A DNA stretch of 64,000 nucleotides, taken from contig JBMOPL010000006.1 in the NCBI GenBank assembly GCA_049323535.1, positions 31,614-95,613 of the forward strand, in the 5' to 3' direction. Below are positions 48,192 through 58,155 of this stretch, one piece after another. Source of the DNA: Spirochaetota bacterium. GTDB lineage: Bacteria > Spirochaetota > Leptospiria > Turneriellales > Turneriellaceae. Made by a program: the position numbers and the translations under genes. Position 1 is the first letter of the stretch; each line of letters begins with the position of its first letter. The notes beneath the pieces are model-generated. The model was given only the letters and a program-made list of their open reading frames with translations, did no database searches and was not told where the DNA came from.

Positions 48192-50045
48192 ATGCCCTTC
48201 GATACGGCCAATCTCACGGCGCTCGCGGCCAGGCACCAGCGGCTGATGCAGATTCGGTACGGCCAGGAAAGTCATGGCCTCACTGCCGAGCAGAAGCTGC
48301 AGAAGATACTCCACTACTGCGCGGTTGAGCTCGATGTTGCGCGGGCCGGGTTGTGGCGCCTTAACTCAGCCGGTGATGCGATTACCTGCACCCTCCAGTA
48401 CGAACGCGGCAAACACCACTACACCAAGGGCCCTGAACTGACGGCAAAAGATTACCCACAGTACTTTGAGGCCATGCGGCGCGATCGCATCATCAATGCC
48501 GACGATGCCCGGAATGACCCGCGCACGGCTAATCTGACCGAGGCCTATCTCAAGCCCCTGGGCATCTATTCGCTGCTGGACTGCCCTACATTCGCCGGCG
48601 GCAAACTGGCCGGTATACTCTGCATCGAAGCAGAGGCTGCCGTACGCACCTGGTCGCTGCTCGACATCTCGTTTGCCGCGGCCGCAGCTGACGCCGTTTC
48701 TGCCATACAGGAACAACACCTGTGGGAAGAAGAGCGGCGCTATAACCAGTTTCTCGAGCAGTACGACAGCCTGACGGGATTAGTGAACCGGCGCTCGTTT
48801 CAGCAACAGGTCTTTCGCGATATTGCCGCGAAGCCCACAGAGCGCCACCTGCTCGCGCTACTCGGCCTCGATGCCTTTACTGCCATCAACGACAAATTTG
48901 GCCAGATTGTTGCCAACAGCGTGCTGCGGGTTCTGGGCGAACGCGCAACCGAAATCACACGTCGCTTTGGCAGTGCCTCGGGCCGCATCAGCGGTGACGT
49001 GCTCGGCTTTTGGCTTTCGCCGCTGCCCGAGCAGCCGGTCGTCGACGATTTCCTTGGTGCAATCCGCAATATCATCGATGAAGCCATCGAAACTGAATAC
49101 GGCGTGCAGGTACGCGTCGGTGGTACAACCGGTGTGTATTTCCATAGTGCAGAACAGAAGGCGGTCCCTGATCCCATTCTTGCAGCCGAAATCGCTCTCA
49201 AGAACGCGAAGCAGGAAAACAAAGGCGGTGTGGGAGTTTTCTCAGAACACGGATACCAGCAGCTGCAGGACAAAAGCCGCATGGTCGACGAAATACACCG
49301 CGCGCTCGGGCAGGGCCAGTTCGTTCTGTGGTACCAGCCCGTTTTTGATGCGCGACGCACAGTCTATACAGGCGTTGAGGCGCTGGTACGCTGGCAGCAC
49401 CCTGAGCTGGGTTTGCTCAGTCCCGCGCGGTTCATGCCGCTGGTTGCAGAGATCGGCAAGACGCGCGACCTGGGTGCCCTGGTGCTGAGGCAGGCCTGTG
49501 AGAATGCGGCGAATCTGCTCGCGCAGGGGCTAGATGTCGGGCGCGTGTCAGTCAATCTTGCTGCCGAACAGCTCTACAACAATAACCTCGCCCTCGAAAT
49601 CCAGAACCTGCTGCAGCAATTTGGCCTTCCCGGGAATGTACTCGAGGTTGAGGTTCTCGAAGAACTCATTGGTCGCGACTTTGACCTCATCAACGAACAG
49701 CTGACCCGGCTGCGCGACATGGGTATAGGCATCAGTGTCGATGATTTCGGTACGGGATATTCATCGCTGTCGCGCCTGAAGCTATTGCCGGTGCAGAAGA
49801 CCAAGATCGACAAGTCATTCGTCGACGGCTTACCGCACTCGGTTAACGACCAGTCGATCGTGCGCTCGATCGTCGCCCTGGGCCGTGCGCTACAGCTCCA
49901 CCTGGTTGCAGAGGGTGTCGAGACTGCCGAGCAGTCGGCCTGGCTCGAGCACGAAGGTGTCGACTACCTGCAGGGTTTTCTCTACGCGCGCCCGATGGAG
50001 TTTGTGCAGTTGCGCGAATTTCTCAGGAAGCGGGTGGCTGGCTGA
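48192..50045 (+). CDS. GAF + degenerate GGDEF + EAL c-di-GMP phosphodiesterase
   Basis: GAF (RIINADD, SLLDCP), YDSLTGLVNR, SGDVL in place of GGDEF, VEALVRW, DDFGTGYSS, VAEGVET. Confidence 0.9.
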   Translation: MPFDTANLTALAARHQRLMQIRYGQESHGLTAEQKLQKILHYCAVELDVARAGLWRLNSAGDAITCTLQYERGKHHYTKGPELTAKDYPQYFEAMRRDRIINADDARNDPRTANLTEAYLKPLGIYSLLDCPTFAGGKLAGILCIEAEAAVRTWSLLDISFAAAAADAVSAIQEQHLWEEERRYNQFLEQYDSLTGLVNRRSFQQQVFRDIAAKPTERHLLALLGLDAFTAINDKFGQIVANSVLRVLGERATEITRRFGSASGRISGDVLGFWLSPLPEQPVVDDFLGAIRNIIDEAIETEYGVQVRVGGTTGVYFHSAEQKAVPDPILAAEIALKNAKQENKGGVGVFSEHGYQQLQDKSRMVDEIHRALGQGQFVLWYQPVFDARRTVYTGVEALVRWQHPELGLLSPARFMPLVAEIGKTRDLGALVLRQACENAANLLAQGLDVGRVSVNLAAEQLYNNNLALEIQNLLQQFGLPGNVLEVEVLEELIGRDFDLINEQLTRLRDMGIGISVDDFGTGYSSLSRLKLLPVQKTKIDKSFVDGLPHSVNDQSIVRSIVALGRALQLHLVAEGVETAEQSAWLEHEGVDYLQGFLYARPMEFVQLREFLRKRVAG

Positions 50046-50073
50046 GGTTTACGCGCTTTCAGACCTTTCCAAC

Positions 50074-51198
50074 TCATTCTGCAAAAAAAAGCCCGGCGAG
50101 TGCACCGAAAAGCACCACGTACGTGCTCTCCAGGTTCTTGAACAGGTAGAGCCCTGCGCCTGCAAGGCCTGCAATACAAAAGGCCGACCAGTGCGTAAAC
50201 GTCTCACGCGACATGGCTACCAGGGCGAAGACCATGATCGCCAGAGAAGCCGCGTTGACTCCGCGCAGGAATGCAGAGAACAACTCCGATTTTCTCAGCT
50301 TCGGCAGGACCGAGTGCGTGGCGATGACGAAGACAAACGATGGCAGAAAAATGGCGACCGTAGAAACTATTGCCCCACTGAAGCCGTTGACCTGGTAGCC
50401 GATGAAGGTGACAGCCGAGAACACCGGGCCGGGTGTGATTTGGCCCACGGCAACCGCGTCCAAAAGCTGTGAACGCGGCATTAAACCACGCGCGACGAGT
50501 TCGGCGTCAAGAAAGGCGAACAGCACATAGCCGCTGCCGTAGAGTATTGAGCCGATCTTAAGAAAGATCAGGAAGAGTTTCGTATTCAGGGTCGCCGTCC
50601 CGCCAGAAAACAGCGGTTGCAGCAAGAAGATCGGCACGAAACTGTGAAGCCCCTTGTTTGTACCGTCCGCTGCGAAGCGTTTTGCTAAAGCGAAAATCAA
50701 TCCCATGCCCAGCATCACCACCACTTCACTCATACCCAGAAAACACAGGACGAGGGTCGCGGCAGCCGCGAGCAATTTGCCGTACGAATTTACGGCGGTC
50801 TTGAAGAGTGGTAGAATCGCAAAAATGATGACCGCGATAATGGCCGGTTTGATGCCGAACAACAGGGCGCGCGCGGCGGGCAGCGTGCCGTATGCGCCAT
50901 AGAACCACGCGATGCCCAGTGTGATGAGCACTGCCGGCACAATGAAGCCCAAGCCCGCAAGAATGCTGCCCCGCCAGCCACCGCGTTCATAACCGAGGTG
51001 GATTGCCATCTCGGTACTGTTCGGCCCCGGTATGAGGTTGGTGAGGCCGATCAGCTCGACAAATTTTTCATCGGAAAGCCAGCGGTGCCTCGCAACAAAT
51101 TCATGGCGCATCAGCGCAATGTGCGCGACCGGGCCGCCAAACGCAGTGACGCCGAGGCGGGTGAACAGTGAGAGAATATTGAGCAGGTTGGTTTTCAT
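50074..51198 (-). CDS. chrA: Chromate ion transporter (long-chain CHR)
   Basis: AFGGPVAH, IPGPNSTE, GSGYVL, GQITPGP. Confidence 0.92.
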   Translation of the reverse strand: MKTNLLNILSLFTRLGVTAFGGPVAHIALMRHEFVARHRWLSDEKFVELIGLTNLIPGPNSTEMAIHLGYERGGWRGSILAGLGFIVPAVLITLGIAWFYGAYGTLPAARALLFGIKPAIIAVIIFAILPLFKTAVNSYGKLLAAAATLVLCFLGMSEVVVMLGMGLIFALAKRFAADGTNKGLHSFVPIFLLQPLFSGGTATLNTKLFLIFLKIGSILYGSGYVLFAFLDAELVARGLMPRSQLLDAVAVGQITPGPVFSAVTFIGYQVNGFSGAIVSTVAIFLPSFVFVIATHSVLPKLRKSELFSAFLRGVNAASLAIMVFALVAMSRETFTHWSAFCIAGLAGAGLYLFKNLESTYVVLFGALAGLFFAE

Positions 51199-51208
51199 GA
51201 ATCTATTT

Positions 51209-51250
51209 TTAACCCCACCCCTGCCCCTCCCCTGTTAGGGGAGGGGTTAA
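51209..51250. repeat. Second copy of the GC-rich palindromic element, forming the MFS C-terminus and stop codon
   Basis: TTAACCCCACCCCTGCCCCTCCCCTGTTAGGGGAGGGGTTAA; read on the minus strand as LTPPLTGEGQGWG*. Confidence 0.75.
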
Positions 51251-52393
51251 TCCCAAATAAACCCCGGCTAACCCAGCACCTACTGCTGCCAGCAGAAACG
51301 TTGCTTCGGGCGATACAAACTTCCAGGTAAGACCGGCGGTAAAACTTGCGAGCATAGTTGCGAGGCTGGCAAATGCCGTAAAGGTGCCGACTGCAGTGGC
51401 AGTATCTTCTTTCTCGCAGAGGTTGGTGATCCACGCCTTCGAGATGCCGTCGGTCATGGCGGCATAAATGCCGTAGGCGAAAAACAGGGCAAGCAATGTG
51501 TAGAAGTCGTGAGCGAAGGCGATCGTCGTGTAGACTGCGATGAAGAGACCAAGGCCCGCGAGAAAAGTCTTTTTGAGACCAATACGATCGCCCAGCCGCC
51601 CCATCGGGTATGAGAACAGCGCATAGACCAGGTTATAGAAGATGTAGACACCGATCACCTGTTGGTCGGTGAAACCCCGCCATTTAAGAACGAGCAGCAG
51701 AAAAACATCGGAGCTGTTAAAAAGAGTGAAAAGCAACAGCCCGTTGACAGTGCGCCGGTATCCCCTGCTGGCAGAGGTGTAGTAGCGCAGGAAATCCCAC
51801 CAGCGGAACTTTCTGACTGCCTTTGCCTGCGTGGCTTTTTCTTTGAGCAGATAGGTCAGCGCGATGGCCGCGAGGCCGGGAAAAAACGCAAACACGAAAA
51901 GCTCGCGGTAGCGACCGGGATTCTGCCACAGCCACAGCAGTGCCAGCGTGGGGCCGATTGCTGCACCCAGCGTATCCATACCGCGGTGAAAACCGAACAC
52001 CTTGCCTTTGTGTGCCGGCTCGGTTTCGGCAGAGAGTAAAGCGTCGCGTGCACCGGTGCGCACGCCCTTGCCGAGCCGGTCGGCCGTGCGACAGAAGAAG
52101 ACCCATATTGGGTGCGCAGCCGAAACTATCAGTGGTTTGGCGAGCGCACTGAGCATGTACCCTGCACGGACAAATGGCACCCGCTTACCCGTCGCATCGG
52201 ACCAGCTGCCAAAGAATCCCTTGCTGAGGCCTGCAGTTGCTTCTGCAATACCCTCGAGTAACCCAATGTAGACGATGGAGAGCCCGATAGTCTGCAGGTA
52301 GATCGGCATAACGGGGTAGAGCATTTCGCTCGCGATGTCGGTGAACAGCGAGACCAAAGAAACCAGCCAGATGGTACGGGTGATTTGCTGCAT
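51209..52393 (-). CDS. MFS transporter
   Basis: SLFTDIASEM, GSWSDATGKR, DRLGKGVRTGARDAL, GRLGDRIG; 12 TM. Confidence 0.9.
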   Translation of the reverse strand: MQQITRTIWLVSLVSLFTDIASEMLYPVMPIYLQTIGLSIVYIGLLEGIAEATAGLSKGFFGSWSDATGKRVPFVRAGYMLSALAKPLIVSAAHPIWVFFCRTADRLGKGVRTGARDALLSAETEPAHKGKVFGFHRGMDTLGAAIGPTLALLWLWQNPGRYRELFVFAFFPGLAAIALTYLLKEKATQAKAVRKFRWWDFLRYYTSASRGYRRTVNGLLLFTLFNSSDVFLLLVLKWRGFTDQQVIGVYIFYNLVYALFSYPMGRLGDRIGLKKTFLAGLGLFIAVYTTIAFAHDFYTLLALFFAYGIYAAMTDGISKAWITNLCEKEDTATAVGTFTAFASLATMLASFTAGLTWKFVSPEATFLLAAVGAGLAGVYLGLTPPLTGEGQGWG

Positions 52394-52493
52394 TCCTGAC
52401 CGCCACATGAGACCGTCAGCACAGAGTGCAAAGGTTCTTTCGACAAGATGGCGAATTCGCTTGGCGTTGGGTTTTCTCCTTCTTTTGTAACCC

Positions 52494-53657
52494 ATGGCAA
52501 ACAAAGAATTCGATGTCGTTGTCTATGGCGCTACCGGCTTCACCGGCCGCCTGGTGGCAGAATACCTTGCGCATGCTTCGACAGGCTCAGCAGCCAAATG
52601 GGCGATGGCAGGGCGCAATAGCGCGAAGCTCGCCGAAGTGCGCGACCTGATTGGTGCACCGAAAGACATTCCACTGATTGAAGCCGATGCATCGTCGCCG
52701 GCCAGCCTCAAGGCAATGTGCGCGCGCACAAAAGTTGTGCTTACCACCGTCGGGCCCTACCAGCTCTACGGCACGCCACTCGTGGCAGCGTGCGCTGAAT
52801 CGGGTACAGACTATGTTGACCTGTGCGGCGAACCCAACTGGATTCGCGAGATGGTCGAAGCGTACGATGACGCGGCGAAAAAAAGCGGTGCACGCATTGT
52901 GATCTCCGCCGGGTTTGATTCGATTCCCTCTGACCTGGGTGTCTGGTTTCTGCAGCAAGAAGCTATCCGCCGGTTTGGTGCGCCTGCACCCCGCGTCAAA
53001 GGCCGCGTGCGCAAGATGAAAGGGGGAGCTTCAGGCGGTACGCTGGCGAGCATGAAAGAGGTTATGCGCGCCGGTATCAAGAATCCATCGCTGCTCAAGA
53101 TCATGAGTAGCCCGTTCGCACTGACACCCGGGTTTGAAGGGCCGGCGCAACCATCGGGCATGGTGCCCGAGTACGACCGCGCAGCCGGCGTCTGGGTGGT
53201 GCCATTCGTCATGGCACCGATCAACACCAAAAACGTGCACCGCACGAACTACTTGCTGGGCCACCCGTACGGTAAAGATTTCGTCTACGACGAGATGATG
53301 TATACAACACTCGGCGATGCGGCGACTGCGCTGCTCGACGCCGCCGCAAAAGCAAATCCCTTTTCGGGCAAGGGACTCAAGCCCGGCGAAGGGCCATCTA
53401 AAGAAGAGCGTGAAACCGGATTCTATGATATCGTCTTTATGGGCGAATACCCTGACGGCCGCCGCCTACAGACCTCGGTCAAAGGCGACCGCGATCCAGG
53501 TTATGGTTCGACCAGTAAGATGATTGCACAAGCTGCGCTCACACTCTGCGAAACTAAATCGAATGGCGGTGTCTACACCCCCGGCGGAGTGATTGCGGCC
53601 CCGCTGGTCGAACGCCTGCAGAAGTATTCCGGACTGACGTTTGCAGTAGAGGAGTAG
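52494..53657 (+). CDS. Saccharopine dehydrogenase-like / trans-acting enoyl reductase family oxidoreductase
   Basis: VVYGATGFTG, VGPYQLYG, DLCGE, GFDSIPSD, DPGYGST. Confidence 0.88.
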   Translation: MANKEFDVVVYGATGFTGRLVAEYLAHASTGSAAKWAMAGRNSAKLAEVRDLIGAPKDIPLIEADASSPASLKAMCARTKVVLTTVGPYQLYGTPLVAACAESGTDYVDLCGEPNWIREMVEAYDDAAKKSGARIVISAGFDSIPSDLGVWFLQQEAIRRFGAPAPRVKGRVRKMKGGASGGTLASMKEVMRAGIKNPSLLKIMSSPFALTPGFEGPAQPSGMVPEYDRAAGVWVVPFVMAPINTKNVHRTNYLLGHPYGKDFVYDEMMYTTLGDAATALLDAAAKANPFSGKGLKPGEGPSKEERETGFYDIVFMGEYPDGRRLQTSVKGDRDPGYGSTSKMIAQAALTLCETKSNGGVYTPGGVIAAPLVERLQKYSGLTFAVEE

Positions 53658-53659
53658 GC

Positions 53660-53887
53660 TTGTCAGTCCTGGTGAGAAGATTTCTTGTTTTTCTCATCCG
53701 CTTTTATCAGTACACGTTCTCAGCGATTCTGGGCGGCCAGTGCCGCTTTCACCCGACCTGCTCGCAGTACGCGGTTGAAGCATTCGGGAAATTGCCGCTG
53801 CACCGCGCCTTCTACCTGACGCTCTGGCGCATTCTGCGCTGCCAGCCATTCGCGAAGGGCGGTGACGACCCGGTACCGGAGAAATAG
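53660..53887 (+). CDS. yidD: Membrane protein insertion efficiency factor YidD
   Basis: RFYQ, CRFHPTCSQY, RILRCQPF, GGDDPVP. Confidence 0.92.
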   Translation: MSVLVRRFLVFLIRFYQYTFSAILGGQCRFHPTCSQYAVEAFGKLPLHRAFYLTLWRILRCQPFAKGGDDPVPEK

Positions 53888-53958
53888 CCAAGCGTCGAAA
53901 ATTCTGTTGGCGTACCACGGTCGTAAGGTAGCCTGCCCGCAGGGGCTATCGTACTCTC

Positions 53959-54321
53959 ATGGAAGCTACCAATGACAACCGAAAGTATGAGCGCTACCTT
54001 GTAGGCCCACACCTAGACTGCAAAGTGCGCGTGCGGCATCCCGAAGAGCTGGTGGCTGACCTCAGTGATATTTCCGAAGGTGGAATGATGGTATTGCTGT
54101 CGCGCAACGAAGATATCGATGCACTCCACCCCCCGCTCGAAATCGAGGCAGAGATTGTGAGCGAGAACACGGCGCTGCAGTTTGCTTTTCGCGGCCGCAT
54201 CGTCTGGAAACGCGAATTTAATGAGGGCAGAAAAGCCTTTGCGAGCCTCGGGATTGAGTTTTCACCCGGCGTTAAGCTGCCGCGCACCATGATCGATGCG
54301 GTGGCCGAAGAACCTGCCTAA
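53959..54321 (+). CDS. PilZ-domain c-di-GMP receptor
   Basis: RKYER (RxxxR), DISEGG (DxSxxG), LGIEF. Confidence 0.85.
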   Translation: MEATNDNRKYERYLVGPHLDCKVRVRHPEELVADLSDISEGGMMVLLSRNEDIDALHPPLEIEAEIVSENTALQFAFRGRIVWKREFNEGRKAFASLGIEFSPGVKLPRTMIDAVAEEPA

Positions 54322-55421
54322 GCTACCCGCCGCAGCGGCATATTCTGCCAGTGCGAGAGCGAGCGCAGGAACCATTCGAGCGGACCTGTTGAGAAGCGCC
54401 GCAACCATAAGAGTGAGAAGCCGATTCCCGTGAGGTAAATGGCCGTCGCCACAAGAAACAATCCGTCATAGCTGAGCTTGTTATAGAGACCCAAGCCATA
54501 GCCATGAAAGACGACACCGGCAAGCAGCGACTGCAGGACATAGTTCGTCAGTGAAAGGCGACCTGCCGCGCTGAGCGGAGCTTTGAGCCATACCATACCT
54601 TTCGCAGCAGCGGAGAGTATAACCTGCGCGTAAAAGAGTGAAAGCAGCGGCGCACTCAGTGCCATCGCCAGCATCGCCACCGGCAGGTAGACCTTCAGCT
54701 GCCAGGTCGCCGCCGTCGCGTAGAGCAGGCTACCCGCGATACCAGCGAGGGCAAAAAGGCTCGAGAATGCGCTCAGCCGTATGTTCGCCAGCCAATGGCG
54801 GCGCTCGGCGAGATAGCCGAGGCAGATCATCGCGAGTGCACCCGGCCAGTTGAAGAGCATCACGTAGCCGAGCGAGACCGGGTAGACATTCAGGTTGCTC
54901 CACACTGCCAGCGCATAGCTGCTCGTGTAATTGGTCGCAGGCAACGCGGTGTTTGCCTGGCTCATCACCCCCAAAAAAGTATAGGTCATTCCCGAGATCA
55001 CCAGCCCCGTAATTGCCGTGACCCAGAGCGCCCGAGTGTGCATTTTGCTCAGCGGCAAAAACACCAAACCGAGCAGGCCGTAGCTGAGCAGGATATCGCC
55101 GGGAAAAAGCAGCACTGCATGCACAAAGCCGAGCAGTATCAGACCGAAAAAACGCCGCACCAGGAAAGCAGTGCCTTCGCGGTGCTGCAGCACCGCGATG
55201 CCGATTCCAAACAGAAACGAGAAGAGCGTGAAAAATTTTGCTTCGAAAAGAAGCGAGTTGGTAAACAGCGCGGCGCGCGCCACTGCGGTTTCCGGCATTT
55301 GTCGGTAAGAATCCCACGAGCGGGCGATCAGCGGCAGGTTGACAACGCAGATGCCCCAGAGGGCAAAACCCCGCAGCGCGTCGAGGCCCTCGATACGTTT
55401 TGGTGCTGCCTGTTCGGTCAT
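54318..55421 (-). CDS. DUF418 (YeiB-like) membrane protein
   Basis: RIEGLDALRGFALWGI, FFTLFSFLFGIG, GDILLSY, GRLSLTNY, GPLEW. Confidence 0.88.
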   Translation of the reverse strand: MTEQAAPKRIEGLDALRGFALWGICVVNLPLIARSWDSYRQMPETAVARAALFTNSLLFEAKFFTLFSFLFGIGIAVLQHREGTAFLVRRFFGLILLGFVHAVLLFPGDILLSYGLLGLVFLPLSKMHTRALWVTAITGLVISGMTYTFLGVMSQANTALPATNYTSSYALAVWSNLNVYPVSLGYVMLFNWPGALAMICLGYLAERRHWLANIRLSAFSSLFALAGIAGSLLYATAATWQLKVYLPVAMLAMALSAPLLSLFYAQVILSAAAKGMVWLKAPLSAAGRLSLTNYVLQSLLAGVVFHGYGLGLYNKLSYDGLFLVATAIYLTGIGFSLLWLRRFSTGPLEWFLRSLSHWQNMPLRRVA

Positions 55422-55424
55422 TGC

Positions 55425-56657
55425 TTACCCCTTGTGGTCCTGGTGCATCACCAGCCGGTGTATGGTGTACATCATTACTATTGTGACGATCATCGCGCCG
55501 ACCACGACGTAGCCCAGAACATCGTAGCGCGCCAGTGCCCCGCTGCTGGTTTTAATCACGATTGCGCCTGCTACGGCAGAAGCGATACCGCCGGAAATTT
55601 GCTGAAAGGCGGAGCTTACCCCCATGAACGCGCCGCGGTCCTGCGGTGCAGGTACACCGCTCATTAACGAAGAAGCTCCCACTATGCGCGCGGTGATTGC
55701 CGCAAAGAGCGCGGCCGTAATCAGCATCACGAGCCACAGCGGGCTTCGGCCGAGGTTGGTATAAATAACCACCAACACCATGCCGACGGTCGAACCGATG
55801 GTGAATACCTTGTACTTGCCGATAGCATCGCTCAGGCGACCGGCAATCGGGCCGGCGATCATCGCGGTGATGCCGGTCACCATGTAGAGCGTCGGCAGGT
55901 CGTCGTTGCTTAGGCCCAGGTTACCGGTACCGAATGCACTGCCAAACGGCATCAGCATGAAGCCACCGGTTGCGAGCAAGGTGGTCGCCGCGAAGCCGCG
56001 CAGGTAACGCGGCTTGCTGACCGTCGTCAACAGGTGGTGAAATGGGCTCTTGTCGATTTTGAGTGCGAGGTGTGCGTTGATGGGTCTCATCTTCAGAACG
56101 ATGACAGCTCCCACCGGTAAGCCGAGACCGACGATGAGCAGGAAGGGTGCATGCCAGTTGAACTTGTTGGCGACATAGAGCCCGACGGGAATGCCCAGCA
56201 CCTGGCTGGAGGCAAATGCCATCTGCAGAAAGCCCATCACGCGGCCGCGCGCTGAGAAAGCGAACACGTCGGTGACGATGGCGAACGCGATGGCGCTGAT
56301 CACACCGCCGAAGATGCCCGTCACCACGCGCGCGGCAAGCAGCGTGTGGTAGTCTGGCGCAAGTCCGCAGAGCAGCGTGCCGGCTAAAAAGCCCGTGTAG
56401 AAGACGAGCAACATGCGCTTGCGGTCGAAGCGGTCGGCAAAACCAGCTGCCAGAAGACCCGACGCGCCTGCACTGAATGCATAGGCTGAAACGACCCAGC
56501 CAAATTGCTGCGGGTCAATCGTGAGCGCGGGCATGAGTATTGCGCCGAGCGGCGACAAGACCATGAAGTCGAGAATGACCGTGAACTGCAGGATCGTGAG
56601 AATCGCGATGAGAAATTTTTCGTAGCCGGTGAATGCGGCCTTTTCGTTGGTTTGCAT
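55425..56657 (-). CDS. MFS transporter
   Basis: GFADRFDRKR, ARVVTGIFGG, RGRVMG, GRLSDAIG. Confidence 0.92.
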   Translation of the reverse strand: MQTNEKAAFTGYEKFLIAILTILQFTVILDFMVLSPLGAILMPALTIDPQQFGWVVSAYAFSAGASGLLAAGFADRFDRKRMLLVFYTGFLAGTLLCGLAPDYHTLLAARVVTGIFGGVISAIAFAIVTDVFAFSARGRVMGFLQMAFASSQVLGIPVGLYVANKFNWHAPFLLIVGLGLPVGAVIVLKMRPINAHLALKIDKSPFHHLLTTVSKPRYLRGFAATTLLATGGFMLMPFGSAFGTGNLGLSNDDLPTLYMVTGITAMIAGPIAGRLSDAIGKYKVFTIGSTVGMVLVVIYTNLGRSPLWLVMLITAALFAAITARIVGASSLMSGVPAPQDRGAFMGVSSAFQQISGGIASAVAGAIVIKTSSGALARYDVLGYVVVGAMIVTIVMMYTIHRLVMHQDHKG

Positions 56658-56825
56658 GAAGGTGCCTAGGCCTTAAGTATAGCAAATCTTCCCGGTTGTT
56701 ACCAGTGTTTTGCAGAGAAGGTTTGGTTATCCCGAAAATCCCTCATGTATTGTTCGTACAGAGCAAGCGTACGCAGCGTGAAATCAGGCTTTACATCCGG
56801 CAGACTCGTACTTCCTTCGGCTAGG

Positions 56826-58139
56826 GTGCGGAGTAACTTCTTTTGCGGGATTAGACGGACCTTCTGGATCGGGAAATTGCCCTTCTTCGGATTGCTGCTT
56901 CTGCTGGCTGGTCTTGCACAGCACTGCACCGTCGCCCGTAAGCGCAGCACCACCGCAGAGGTCAATACGACAGCAACTGCAGAGACGACGGGGCTTCGGC
57001 CCGCGAGCGTGCCCGGTATCGAGTCGATTCTGGCGAAGCCTGTTCTGCCGCGTGAACACGACCGGTTTTTTGACTGTATGGAGAACAGCGCCGCCATTAC
57101 AGCCCTGCGTCCACAGTATCCGGAATTCGATCTGTTTCCGAAAGTTGGCCACACAGACCGCGAGTTCTATCTCACCGAAGAAAGCGGCTGGCCGTTCGTG
57201 ATTGGCTTTCATGGTCGTTCACGCATGCAGCCCGGGCAGCCGGTCCTGGTGGGCCTGCGCGGCGAAGCTTCGGGTTTCCACAAATCTTCGGCGACACCGT
57301 CGTTTCTTCGCCTTCACCGTGATCTGCCAGCAACAACGCTCGTGACTGTTGATGAGTTTCGTAACGTGGAGAATAAGCAAAAAAAACGTTCGCTTGCACC
57401 GATATGCCATCGCAGCAAATATCCTGATCGCTACATCCATACAGAATCACCCGGCTTCGAAAACGGCGGGGGCACGCGACTCTTATGGAGGCTTACCGCA
57501 TACGAAAACCCGGTCATTATCGTTTCGTATAGCAACGCGACGACACCGCGCAACCAGATGTTTGAAAGAAAGATCCTGAGTGGCCGCAGCATTGACTTCA
57601 GGCAAATTTCCGATCACCGGAAATTTCTCGAAAGTTACCTGTTGGAAACAGGTTTTGCAGAAAACGCCTATCCGCACATCCGTGGTTTTATCGATATGGA
57701 GGGCAACTACGAAGTGACCAAACCCTTCTGGGACATGCTGGCCTATATCAGGCTGGAAATCTGGCGAGACCCTGAAAAATTTTTTTACAGCGCCGCGCGC
57801 ATCGACAAATTTGACGCCTATGCAGGGCATCTTGCAATGATTAAGGCTCTAAACCTTGAAGGTGTCGAAGATGACGAAGGTGTTATTCGCTATATGAATA
57901 AACAGCAGAATGTCGTGCTCGACCTCGTGACTACACCTTACCCGCCTCATTACGTTGGCAATTCGGGTGACATACGTAAGCTGACCAGGATGCGCGAGTC
58001 GAAAGCCAAAAAGATCACGCGCTCGCGGGTAAATCACTACCAAATGGGCGACTTCACTGTCGATCGTGTTCTGAGAACCACCCGTTTTCTCGAATCGCTC
58101 CGGCAGCCGCCGCTGCAAACCAGTCTTGCGCACCCGTGA
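56826..58139 (+). CDS. Hypothetical exported protein/lipoprotein, alpha/beta-hydrolase-like (paralog A); start may be 56745
   Basis: Lipoprotein-like GLLLLLAGLAQHC; IVSYSNAT, IRGFIDMEGN, late NHY; collinear with the next gene. Confidence 0.6.
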   Translation: MRSNFFCGIRRTFWIGKLPFFGLLLLLAGLAQHCTVARKRSTTAEVNTTATAETTGLRPASVPGIESILAKPVLPREHDRFFDCMENSAAITALRPQYPEFDLFPKVGHTDREFYLTEESGWPFVIGFHGRSRMQPGQPVLVGLRGEASGFHKSSATPSFLRLHRDLPATTLVTVDEFRNVENKQKKRSLAPICHRSKYPDRYIHTESPGFENGGGTRLLWRLTAYENPVIIVSYSNATTPRNQMFERKILSGRSIDFRQISDHRKFLESYLLETGFAENAYPHIRGFIDMEGNYEVTKPFWDMLAYIRLEIWRDPEKFFYSAARIDKFDAYAGHLAMIKALNLEGVEDDEGVIRYMNKQQNVVLDLVTTPYPPHYVGNSGDIRKLTRMRESKAKKITRSRVNHYQMGDFTVDRVLRTTRFLESLRQPPLQTSLAHP

Positions 58140-58155
58140 GGCTTAGGGGACATCG

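Noticed and set aside
52394-52504. N-terminal extension of the MFS ORF in the track
   Set aside because: It overlaps the divergent oxidoreductase start; the ATG at 52393 gives a typical MFS N-terminus
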